Source: a virus. Taken from it: 64,000 bases of DNA. Where the stretch lies: positions 12,030 to 76,029 of IMG/VR virus record IMGVR_UViG_3300034072_000373; one strand, given 5' to 3'. Below the pieces are notes generated by a model. The model saw only the letters and a program-made list of their open reading frames with translations, did no database searches and had not been told where the DNA came from. Position numbers and translations under genes: made by a program. Within the stretch, counting starts at the first letter, position 1; every line of letters starts with the position of its first letter. Positions 11,266 to 22,900 of the stretch are shown here, one piece after another.

Positions 11266-11757
11266 ATGGGACAACCAACTCCTGATAACCCTCTGGGTCT
11301 AGATTACACTGGTGGCAATGGGTTCGGTGCGTCAACACTGCTCAGCCCCGGACAGATTACATCAAAAGCAATTCCAACCCTTGGGTATGATACAAGTGGA
11401 TTTTGGGGAGGCTCAAGTGATGTTCTCACTAATGGTTCCTCAACTATTCCAGTTGGTTCTGGTGGGCAGGGTGGTGGATTCTTCGGTGGCATGAATGGGA
11501 TGCAATCCGTTGGTGCTGTTCTGGGTGGTCTACAGTCACTCAGTAACATGTTCCTCGGATTCCAAGCTCTGAGCCAAGCAAAGAAGCAGTTTAAGACACA
11601 GCGTGCATTCTCAAACGCAAATCTTGAGAATCAGGTTAAGAGCTACAATACTGCTTTGGAAGATAGGGCTAGAAGCAGGGCTGCTGTTGAAGATCAGTCT
11701 GCATCCCAAGCTCAGGGTTACATTGATAAGAACCGTCTGAACTTCTCTAGAATCTAA
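11266..11757 (+). CDS. Internal virion/ejection protein (N4 gp52-like)
   Basis: Gly-rich, Cys-free; NLENQVKSYNTALEDRARSR motif; position. Confidence 0.7.
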   Translation: MGQPTPDNPLGLDYTGGNGFGASTLLSPGQITSKAIPTLGYDTSGFWGGSSDVLTNGSSTIPVGSGGQGGGFFGGMNGMQSVGAVLGGLQSLSNMFLGFQALSQAKKQFKTQRAFSNANLENQVKSYNTALEDRARSRAAVEDQSASQAQGYIDKNRLNFSRI

Positions 11758-11768
11758 GGAATATTAAT

Positions 11769-13844
11769 ATGGCTGCACTAACTTGGAGAAACGTTGCTGC
11801 CCCTGATTTCTCAGGAGTTCAGGGGGGCATCAGCAATGCTGGTGAATTCTTTAATCGTGCTTTCTCCGGTGGTCAGAAGACTGTGGAGAATATTCAGAAT
11901 ATCCGTGAGGATAATGCTGTAAAGGAAGTCTTGGGCAGAGCCTTGGCTTCCAATGATCCTGCTGCAATTCAGGCAATGGCTGCTGAAGCTGCTCAGAATC
12001 CTAATTTCACTCTTCGTGGTTTGGATACTCTGAACCGTCAGGTGGATACCCTTCAGCGTAGGAATCTTACTGAAGAACAGATTCTTGGTGCCAGACAGGG
12101 TAGAGAACAGGGAGCTACTCTGTTTAATCGTGGTGAGCAGGAATATAGCGCAAGAGAAGCTGCCAGAGGTGAAATCCTGAAACTATATGGTTCAGGTATG
12201 ACACCTGATAAGATTGCTCAAGCTGCTGCATCCAATCCAATTCTGGCTGCATTGCCTACCAAGGATTTGATGGGAATTATTGATGACTCCTACAATCGTA
12301 GGGATCGCAATCTAAATTATGATATTCGCTCAACTGAATTTGCAAACAGTCAGGCAGATCGTAATGACGCATTTGTGGTAGCAGACGCTCTATCCACCAT
12401 TGACCAATCTTCATTGACTGATGAAGAAAGATTCTCCGCACTTGAGAGAATGCGGGGTAATCTCACCCCTAGACAATATACACTTGCCCGTAATCGTCTT
12501 ATGGGTGGTGGAACAGGTGGTGCTGGCGGAGGTGAATTTGCTGCTCCTGCATCTGGCTCATTTTCTGCTGGTGGTTCCAATTATGCTTTTGGAGCGCCAC
12601 AGAAAGCATATGCAGATGTCTTCTCCAGTGCTGGTGTCAGTAACAATGTTGTCGCTGGTCTACTAGGTAATGCCCACGTTGAGGGTGGTTGGACTGGTAA
12701 AGAAGGTGACGGTGGTGCTGCTGGTGGTATTGTCCAGTGGAGGGATGGAAGACGGGATGCTTTCATTCAGCGTAATGGTGTTGACCCAACAAAAGCATCA
12801 CCTGAAGTTCAGGCAAGACATGTGATGTGGGAACTTTCTACTCCTGAAGGTAGAAAGGTTGCTGGTATTACGGAACAGCAAGCCAATGCCATTTTGAATG
12901 CTAAGTCACCTGAAGAAGCTGCTGAATATATTGACCGTTTTTATGAGCGTTCATCTGGTCAGCATCGTCAACAGCGTATTGCTGCTGCGGCTGCATATGG
13001 TCAATTGACTCGTCCCGGTGATCCTGTTGCTAATGGGCTTCAGGGAATTGCAAACAGTGTGGACACTGATCGTGCAAGAGCACAACAGGGCGGTTCAGTT
13101 GGTGCCAGAATTCTCCGTGAGAATGCTGGTTCAAAGAAGGATCGTGCTGATGTTATCAGTGATGTGATGACTTCTCTTGGAGCCTCTGACAGAGGAACAG
13201 TTGAGAATATCTTCAATGATATGCGTAACCGTTTCCTTGCCAATGGTTGGGAAGCTCCAAATGATGCAATCATTGGTGCCGCTCTAAAGACTGGTTCAAC
13301 CTATGATCGTAGACTTGGTGATCGTATCTGGGATTGGACAGGTAATCTTTTTGGAGCCACGGATGCTGTATCAGGCGGACTTCAGGTAGATAGAGATAAT
13401 CTCTATAATCGTCTGAAGGATATTGTGCAGAGTCCTCAAGCTTCAAATGTGGCTGTTGTGGAAGCTCAGAGAAATGCTGGGGAACAAGCTGCATCTGTTG
13501 CAGATGCACAGTATCAGCAGGCAAGAGCACAACGTGAATATGCAGAGAATGAGGTTAGATCAGGCCGTAGACCTAACATCAATCTCAAACCATATTATGA
13601 TCGTGAGAACCAAGCACTAGCAACTTCACAGGCTGCAAATGCTGCTGTTAGGAATTCAGGTTTGACTAATCCCGGTGTTCAGCCTGTTGGTTCCTCAACA
13701 GGTAAACCTACTCAGGGAACACCTAAGTCAACTGATGACTTTGTGCGTAATGCTGCTGATCGACGTAGGCAAACTGCACCGCCTCCAAGAGCATCCAATG
13801 GATGGCAATTGCTCAAAGATACGGTAACTGGTATCTTCGACTAA
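11769..13844 (+). CDS. Ejection protein (N4 gp51-like) with a phage tail lysozyme-like domain
   Basis: LTWRNVAAPDF start; AGLLGNAHVE..GGIVQW..FYER..R motifs; Cys-free. Confidence 0.75.
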   Translation: MAALTWRNVAAPDFSGVQGGISNAGEFFNRAFSGGQKTVENIQNIREDNAVKEVLGRALASNDPAAIQAMAAEAAQNPNFTLRGLDTLNRQVDTLQRRNLTEEQILGARQGREQGATLFNRGEQEYSAREAARGEILKLYGSGMTPDKIAQAAASNPILAALPTKDLMGIIDDSYNRRDRNLNYDIRSTEFANSQADRNDAFVVADALSTIDQSSLTDEERFSALERMRGNLTPRQYTLARNRLMGGGTGGAGGGEFAAPASGSFSAGGSNYAFGAPQKAYADVFSSAGVSNNVVAGLLGNAHVEGGWTGKEGDGGAAGGIVQWRDGRRDAFIQRNGVDPTKASPEVQARHVMWELSTPEGRKVAGITEQQANAILNAKSPEEAAEYIDRFYERSSGQHRQQRIAAAAAYGQLTRPGDPVANGLQGIANSVDTDRARAQQGGSVGARILRENAGSKKDRADVISDVMTSLGASDRGTVENIFNDMRNRFLANGWEAPNDAIIGAALKTGSTYDRRLGDRIWDWTGNLFGATDAVSGGLQVDRDNLYNRLKDIVQSPQASNVAVVEAQRNAGEQAASVADAQYQQARAQREYAENEVRSGRRPNINLKPYYDRENQALATSQAANAAVRNSGLTNPGVQPVGSSTGKPTQGTPKSTDDFVRNAADRRRQTAPPPRASNGWQLLKDTVTGIFD

Positions 13845-13850
13845 ATAAGA

Positions 13851-13876
13851 AAGCCCTCTTAACGGAGGGCTTTTTT
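13851..13876 (+). terminator. Rho-independent terminator
   Basis: AAGCCCTC-TTAACG-GAGGGCTT-TTTT. Confidence 0.85.
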
Positions 13877-13914
13877 ATGCTATGTGAGGTCAAAATCACC
13901 TAAAGGTATTGTGT

Positions 13915-16900
13915 ATGGCAAACCCCTCTTCCACCATTATGAATGAGTATCTGTCTAAGGCTAAGCAAACAGGTGTTGCTAATGCCACTGCACAGAAGAA
14001 GCAGACTATGGCTGCTCAAGCATCTGTAAATGATGATGCTCTTTACCGTATTGCTTCTGCTCAAAGTAATGGCACTGGCAATTCCATGGAAGGTTACGAA
14101 CGTGACCTTAGAACCATGGGAACCTTTGATCTAATCGGTAAGTATGGTTCGGGGATTGTTGGTGATCTGTCACGGCTAGAAAATGCTAGAGAGCGTTATC
14201 GTGGTGATGAGTCATCCCAGCGTGGTTTTGGTGATGTAGTTGGGGATGCTGCTATTGGTGTGCCCACTGCATTTGCATCTGGTATCCATTCAATTGCAAA
14301 TTTGATCGAAGCCCCATTTGCTCCAGAGACTGCTGCAAGAGATGCGTTGGCAAATGCTAAGTTTGGTGAATGGGCTAACTCATTCCAGAGTGATGCACTC
14401 AATCAGCGTAGACGTGCTGCTGGTGCCGATCTCCAAAATACTCAAGCAGATAATAAGGCTGCACAGGAAAGAGGTGAGATTAACTCGCTAGAGCGTATGG
14501 GCAGAGATGCCTATGATGCTGCTGCACGTTATCTGGATGATGGTGCGCTTACATCAGACGTTGTTGCTCAGGGTGTTGGTTCACTCTTTATTGGTGGTCC
14601 AATGATTAAGGGCTTCAGTAAGGTTGGTCAGGGTATCCTGAAAGCTGCTGGCCGTGGTGAATCTGTCCTAGCTGGTAGGGTTGTTAATGCTGCTGCTGGT
14701 TCACTAGGTGTAGGCACACAGGAAGCTGGTGGTGCTTACGATCAGACTGTTCAGGCTGCTATGGAAAGAATGGCAGATAGAACTGATCTCACTGAAGAAC
14801 AGAAGCTGGAACTAGCTAATAAGGCTGGTCTGGAAGCTGCTGCTATTCAGGGAACTGTTGCTGCTGGGATTGGTCTAATTCCCGGCATGACTAACCTTGA
14901 ACGTGCTCCACTTGCTCTTCGTGGTTCAGTCCGCAATTCAGTCAAAGCTATTCTGGGTGAGACTCTTGAAGAAGCTACTCAATCAACTTCAGGTCAGTTG
15001 GCTCAGAATCGTGCTATCCGTGATGTGGTTGATCCAAATCAGGATATGCTTGAAGGTGTGGGTGAACAGACTGCTCTCGGTGCAATTGGTGGCTTTGGTT
15101 CTGCTGGTATGGTTCAGGCTCCAAGCCTTGCAGCTAATACTGCAATGGCTCCTGTCCGTGCTATCATGGCTAAGGGTGCTGAAATCAATTCACGTAGGGA
15201 AGCTGCACAGGTTCAGGAATTCTCCAATAATGTAGAAACTGTTCGTGCTGCTGGTCCTGTGAATATGGATGCAGTTAACACTGCCATTGATAACTCTGAT
15301 CTTGATCCAGAGATTAAGAACACTGCTCGTGCTCAGATTGATGGGATGATGCAGCGTGCTTCATACACCCCTGAACAAACACGCAATTATTCTCCAGAAC
15401 TTCAATCATATCTGGAAGATTCAATTGATAAGTTTGATGCTCTCGACACTGCTATGGCAATTGTGGAAGATTCTGACTTCACAAATGCACAGCGTCTGGA
15501 AGCAGGTGCTTATATCGCACAAACTGTTCTTCAGAATAATTCTCAGATCAAAGCTGATCTAGATGAAGCAATTGCTGCTATTCATGAGGATGACCCTGAA
15601 TTTGATAAGCTCATTGAATACAATGATCTTATGGATAAGATGGGTAGCCATCCTATTGTTCAGCGCATGGTTCAGCAGTTTAGGGAACAGGTTGCGGCAG
15701 TCACCCCTGAACAGGTGAATGCTGAAGCTATGGCAACTCCTGAAGGTAAGCAGACTGCTAGTGCAGTAGCTACTGCTGTGGCTTCTGATCCTGAAGCTGT
15801 AAGCCCAGAGGTTATCTCAACCATTTTGGAACATGATGAATCTGATCCTGAATTCTCACCAGTGAATCGTAAGATTCTGGAAGGTGCTCAGGCATATCAT
15901 GATATGAAGGAAACTCTGCGTAAGAATGCAGAGCAGATTGCCATTCAGAATATCAATGCTGTCACTGACAACATGATTAAGTCACGCTTTGAGGATAACC
16001 CACAGGAAGGTTCTCCTTTGGCTCTATCACTGCGTGACCATTACACCCGTTTCTATAATGCACTGATGGCCAATGATGATGTCTCTGCAAAGGATTACCT
16101 AGATAATCTAGGTTTCTTTGCTGCACACATGCAGAACAAGTTGGCCACTGTGAACTCAGCTATTGAGGACAATGCTTATAGTGAAAAGCTGGCTAAGCCT
16201 TATATGGCAGTGGTTCCAGCCAGAACTGCTGCACAGCGTAAGTGGGTTCCATCCAATCTCAAGATTTGGATGAATGGCAGAGCAAAGGACAGTGTGCGTC
16301 TGGCTAAGCGTATCCAGCTAGAAGCTCAGGCAATCACCAATACCTATAACAACCTTGTGGAGCAGAATCCTGAATTCAATCTTCCTACGATTGATGTAGG
16401 CACACTGAACCCTCTCTTTGATGGTTCAATTGATGAAGTCGTAAATCGGTATAAGGGTCAAAAGAATGTTCAAACGTCTACTTCTGACAGTAGCGGAAAC
16501 GCTAATCCTCAGCGGACTCAACAGTCTGAAGGAACGTCAGTCACGCAAAGCAGCCGAGAAGGCACTGAAGAAAGCGGAAGCGAAACTTCAGGAACAGAAT
16601 CCCGTGGTTCCAGAGTAACTCCTGAACAGGCACGGGGTATCTCTGACAGAGCACTACAGTCACGAATCACCAGTCTCGAATCAATGATCGAAGACAATAA
16701 GGCGACTGTGCAAGACAGAGCTACCCTTGCCGTTCTCCGTAAGGAGAATGCCAATCGTAATGCTGAAGCAATGCAGCGTGAACGAGAGGAACAGGAAGCT
16801 GAAGCTAAGGCTAGAGCGACTGAATCAAATCAGGATCAAAAGCCTAAAACTCCAGAAGTCACTGATTCTTCAGAAGATAATTCTGAGGAAAGCACTGATG

Positions 16901-19900
16901 CGTCTGAAGAATCAAATGTGGATGAAGAAGTTGAGGAGCCAAATGCTCCTACCCTTCAGTCAGTTTACACTGATCTTCATGAAGGCTCTAACTTCCTGAC
17001 TATGTTCAAGGCTAAGTTTAAGAAGAGCCGTATTGCAACGAACACTTCACCGCAGGCTTTTGTAGGTGATGCACTATTCGATAAGGAAAGTCTGAAGAAG
17101 GTTTCTGGAACCAATGCAAATGGTTATACCAAGAAGGTAGCTCAGGCTTATCACAATCTATTCCGTTCAATGGGTGTTGTTCAGGATGCTCTGAACAGGC
17201 AGCTTGCTGCTGCCATGAAACAGAATCCCAACATGTTTAAGCGGGATGATAGATTCAACTTGGTTCAGGGTAAGGTTCTGAACTTCGTTGGTCCTGATGG
17301 TAAGTGGAATCCTCAGATCATTGAGAAGGCAATCATGGCTGCAATGCAGTTTGTGATTACCGGCAACAGTGTCCACTACAACAAGGATAAGGAAGATATT
17401 GCCAAGGCATTTGGTATGGACCCTTCCAATGTAACTCCTTGGATTGAAGGCGTAGTCAACAACACCATCATGTATAATGATGCGGTCTATCAGCTATCAC
17501 GTAAGATTGCTGATTACCTTGGTGTGTCTGTTGATCCTAATGCCCCAATGGGCATTGCCAACGGCATGATGGATGGTCTGGCTATTGAAGTGCTGAGAGC
17601 CTTTGAGACTGCTGGCTATATTGAATCTGGTATTCTCAAGACTGGTAAGAGCCAGCATGGTTATCTCGATTTCCGTGGCTTCACTCCCGGTAAGAAGACT
17701 AAGCTACAGAATGAGGCACGCCAGAGAATTAAGGATGTGTCTTCATATCCCAATGCAATGGATGACATTGTTCTGACTGAGAGAGACAATCCAGTCTCGA
17801 TTGGTGAGCAGTTGGATCGTATGCCTAAGACTCGTCTGCGTCAGGATACTCCCCTTACTCGTGATGAGCAGCGGGCTGTTAGACTGATCCAGAATACTCC
17901 ACTGTATGCCAATACAACTATGGCTAATCTGTATCAGAAGCTGGGCAAGGATAATCTTGTTCGTCTGTTTGGTTCACCAATTGCTGATCCAGCTAAGTTG
18001 AACAGGGAAGACCTACTCTCAAAGGAAGGCAAGAACCTCACTGTGATTTCTGCCTTTGATGCCTTTGAGAAGTATTTCTCCATGCTTCAGGAATATGCCA
18101 ATGACACCAAGGATGCTCTGGGCAATGTTCCAATGTATTTTGGTTCAGAGATTACCTCAGTCGGTCGTCTGATGATGATCGGTGAGCAGAACCCTGTTGC
18201 TGCTAAGATCATTCGTGAATTCCTCCTACCTACTAAGGCAACGGTGGATATGAATGATCCAGTCAATGAGCATAATTACTATCTCATGATGGCTCAGGCT
18301 TTGGGTAAGAAGCTGGACAAGATGACTCCAGAACAGGCTGTTCAACAGGCTAAGGATACCCTGTTCTCTGAGGACATGGGTAATCTGCTGGAGACTCTTG
18401 AAACTCTGATGGGTGATGGTGAAGTCACTGTAGAGGCAATGAATGTCCTACAGGATAATATCAAATCGCCATTCATGCTTCATGCTCTGACTGATTTCAT
18501 TCGTTACAATCAGGCTAAGGCTGAAGGCAATCTTCAGAGATTCACCACCTCACTGTATCTGGAAGCTGATGGTAGAACCAATGGTCCTGCTGGTGCCCTG
18601 TTCCTGTATGGAACTGGTGCATTCACTTTGAACCAGCTTCGTGATTTCCAGAGAGTAGGTGTGTTCCCCGGTGATGCTGCTGGGACTGAAGCTGAGCCTA
18701 ACTTCTCAGGTAAGCAGAAGATTGCTGATCTTTATGAACTAACTGCTGATCGCTTTACTAAGCGTCTTGGTTCACTGGTCGATGATATTCTGAATACTGC
18801 ACGGGCTGCTAATCGTAAGGGTCAGATCACCGATAGATATGAGAACCAAATCCGTAACATGTTTGGTGCGGTGACTACGCTTATCCACGATACAGGTAAT
18901 GGCATTGTCACCAATGCAAAAGGTAAGCTGGAGACTACTCGTGGTTCTGTGAAGAATCCTCTGACCAAGTTTATCTATGGTGCAGGTGAAGCCTCAATCT
19001 CTGCTGGCATCACTCAGGATATTCTGGCCAGCTTCTATGAGGCAGTTTCAGAACATCTGACCACAGGCAGCAATCCAGTAGCTTTTGCTAACATGCAGAA
19101 TCTCATTGGACACTTGGTTCATAATAAGCTGGGGACTCGTAAGTCTGATGGTGTGAGCTTTGTTTTTGACAAGCAGAACACCGATTTCTCATTCCCTGCT
19201 GATGAAGCTGGTTGGAGAAACTTCAAGTTTACTTCTGAACAGGTCAACACAATCAATGCCAATGTCAGAGCAATGTATGTGAATCCTATGGTTCGTTCCA
19301 TCAATTCAGTGATGGTCGATACTCTGGGAACCACTGGTCTGCTTATCGCAGCTTCCAACATGCAGAATGAACTGTATGCAAAGCTGATGGATGAAGCGAT
19401 CAAGAATGCTTTGAAGGAAAAGAAGCGTGCTGATCCTAAATTCCAGAACCATCACTTCCTGTCAGAGAATGAACTGAAGAAGATCAAGAATTCACTCAAT
19501 TGGGTTAAGCCCCAGATTGATGAGAATCTCCAGTCATTGAATCTCAGCCCTACTGAGGCTGGTCTGACTATGGACAGTGGTAGTGAACTGAAGTTTGTGA
19601 GCAGCCTTGATGGCAATCACAATGTTCCCGGTCAGGTCAATCTTCCCGGAGCCATGGGTGTTAGAGCAGTGCCTCTGACCACCATTAACTTTGGTGATGC
19701 CAGAATGGTAATCAATGCTTTCATGAAGGGTATTGAAAAGGTTCTGGCTGTCTATGACGGTATGCACATGTCACTGGATCGTATCCCTGTGGATTCGGTC
19801 AAGTATAATGAAGCTGTCAGTGAAGCATGGGACTTCAATGCTCTGAAGGTTTTCACTGAGCAGTTTGAAGGTATGGTTAAGAACCTGTCACCTGAAATGC

Positions 19901-22900
19901 TGGCTGATATGGCATCAGATGAAAATACTCCTGAAAGCATTCTGCGTGATTTGCAGAGAGCTTCACGGGAGATTGATGCTCGTCAGTATGCACTTAATCA
20001 GGTTGCACTATCTGTAGACCAGATGGCTGCTACTGGTTCATCATTCACCAAGAACATGGATAAGACCGCTGTTGATGAACAGCAGACTTTTCAGATGCTG
20101 AATGATGCCTATGATGAATTCATGGCAAAGCAGGAGCCAAAGGAAGTATCTAACTTTGAGCTTCCTTCACGTATGAAGGGTCTTGCTGTTGTCCATAAGG
20201 AATCTGGTGCATATGTAATTCGTGCTAATAAGCTGATTGAGAACATTGCAGCATTGACCACCGATAAGAATCTTATCTCATTGGTTCAGTCACTGAAGCT
20301 GCCTAATAGCGAAGATGTAAAGATCATCTTTGGCTCAGCAGAAGCTCGTAGAAAATATGCTCCTGACCTAATGGCTAAGAGCAAATCAACTACTCGTGGT
20401 CTGTCTGATCCAGCTACCAATCGTATTCTATTGAACACGCAGTCAATGGAAACACTGGTGCATGAACTTATTCATGCTGCCACTTTCAATACTGTTTACA
20501 ATAGCTTGAATGGTTCTGCTTCAGAAGAACAGATGGATGCTGTTGAACGTATTGAAGCTTTGATGGACCAGTTCATTAACATGGATTATGATACGACTGG
20601 TTGGTCAGATAAGGCTAAGACTGCATATCGTCGTCTAACCAACGTCATTAATAATGCACTGTCTCAGAATGAGAATGATCTCTTTGTTGATGAGATTCTC
20701 AATCGAGCAATTGCTGTTAATGAATTTATGGCTTGGACACTTTCCAATCAGGAGTTGGGATATGTTGCATCGAAGACGCAGGCTTCACCAGAGATTGTCC
20801 GCTGGACTCAAAAGGCTTGGAGAGCGGTTCAGCAATTCTTCCGTGCTGTTAAGTTCTGGGAACCCAGACATGATATCCTTAGCAATCTGCGGTTTAACAC
20901 TCAGATTCTGACTACAGAGACTGAGGCACCTTCGGTTGCTGATATCGCCAATGGTATCTCACTGGCTCATGAAGAGGCAGAAAGCCCTGTGCTGCGTAAG
21001 CTGTTCTCTCAGTTGAGCACTGCTCTTCAGGGTAGAAGAGAAGAAGCCAATGGCACTGCTAACGTAGAGAGCATTGGTATCGGTGGTAGGGTAGCAAATG
21101 ACTTCAGTGCTGCATTCCCAATGGATGCTGAACAGAAGAATCAGTTTGCTGTAATGGTTACTGCTATGTCTCAGGGTATGGGCCTTGAAGGCAATGCCTT
21201 CGCTCGTATCGCTGATATCTATCAGACTGTTCTGGAGAAGCTGGATGTCACTGACTTCCTAGCAAATCCTGAATCAACCAACCCTGCTGAGATTGCTACG
21301 GCTACTGCAAAGTATAATGCTGTTATGGGTAACACCACTGCACTCACTGGTGCAGATGGAGTGTCAACCCGTATCCCAGCATTCTTGGCTCTGTCACTAA
21401 TTGATCCAGAATTCAGAAAGGTTCTTGAGAAGCTCAAGACTCCTAAGAATAAGGATTGGAAGTTTGAAGGTGTTGGAGCCACTCTGAATGATCTTGGCTC
21501 AAGAGCTATGCAGGGTCTGAACAACTATGTTGCTCCTACCGGCAAAGCTACCAATGCTAAGGAAGCAGTGGACAATCTCATTGGGCATATGACTCGTGAT
21601 CTGTCCAAGGCACAGACTGCTGCTGAAATGGCATCACGTAAGGGTCATGGTTATCTGGACAAGGCGAATGATTTCTTTGTCGAGAACATGGAACGTCTGA
21701 GCAAGATTGCTGATGAGAAGCTCTCACGGGTAATGGATACTACCCAGAATAAGTATGTGAATATCGCTGCTGGTGTCGGTAAGATGCTGACAGGCGTTAT
21801 CAATGCTGAAGTGGGTGAAGCCAACTCAGAAAGCATGATGCAGATGATTAACCGTCTGAAAGGTTGGGATACTATCCGTGCAGCCTATTCAGATATCGTT
21901 GGTAGAACCAAAACCAATGCTGGCGTCTATGATCTTATCAAGCTTGTGAAGTCAGTGGTTTCACAGGGCCGTGAGAAGTATCGTGAGCAGTTGCCCAAGA
22001 TTATCAAGGGTAAGTTCAAGAAGGCTCCTACGGCTGCACAGTGGACTTCACTGTTCCGTGGTATTGCCAAGACTGACATTGCTGCTCTTCGGAACCATAT
22101 GACCCAGAGTGAAATGCTTGAGGTCATTGGTTCAGATGCAAATGTCCGTGCAGAGATTGCTAGACTGGAAGGTATCCTGCCTGACAATGTTCTGAAGGCT
22201 GACAGAATTGCTAAGGCTAAGCAGCTTGCCAATTTCATGAACACAGGTGTTTATGGCGATATGCTTCTGCGTAATGCAAAGGCTGTTGCTGATCTGAGAG
22301 GCATGAACAATCAGGCGAATTCAACTGTTGATGAAGTTCAGACAATTGATTCACTGATTTCCCTTTATGCTTTCCAGAGCATGGATGCTGCACATCGGAA
22401 CACCATTCGTGAACTGATGACCAATGAGCCAGATGCTATGAAGTATCTGATTGCTCAGGTGCAGGGTGCTAGACAGGATGAATTGGCCAAGGTCACTGAT
22501 GATGTCGCCTACAATGTTTATAAGGGCTATACCCCTTCTGAACAGCGTGAAGGCATCAGCTTGATCGTTGCTGAAGATACCGACCGTGCAAGACTGGAAC
22601 GTCTGGGTTATGTCCGTAAGGGTGACTACAATGGCTCAAACAAGGAGACTCGTGCGAGCTTCAATACCAAGGGCTATTACTATTCACCTGTGACTGGTAA
22701 CAACCCATTCACTCAGGGCATTTCACAGAATGTGAATGAGACTGTCGGCGGTGTTGATCCTATCCGTGGTTTCAGCTTTGGTGTTCGCCATGCTGGTATC
22801 ATTATGGACCCACGTAAGGTTCAGCGGATTGCTAATAGCCCACGGACTGATCGTGGTAATGAGAGCCTGTCACCCATCTTCAACAAGGATGGGGATATCA

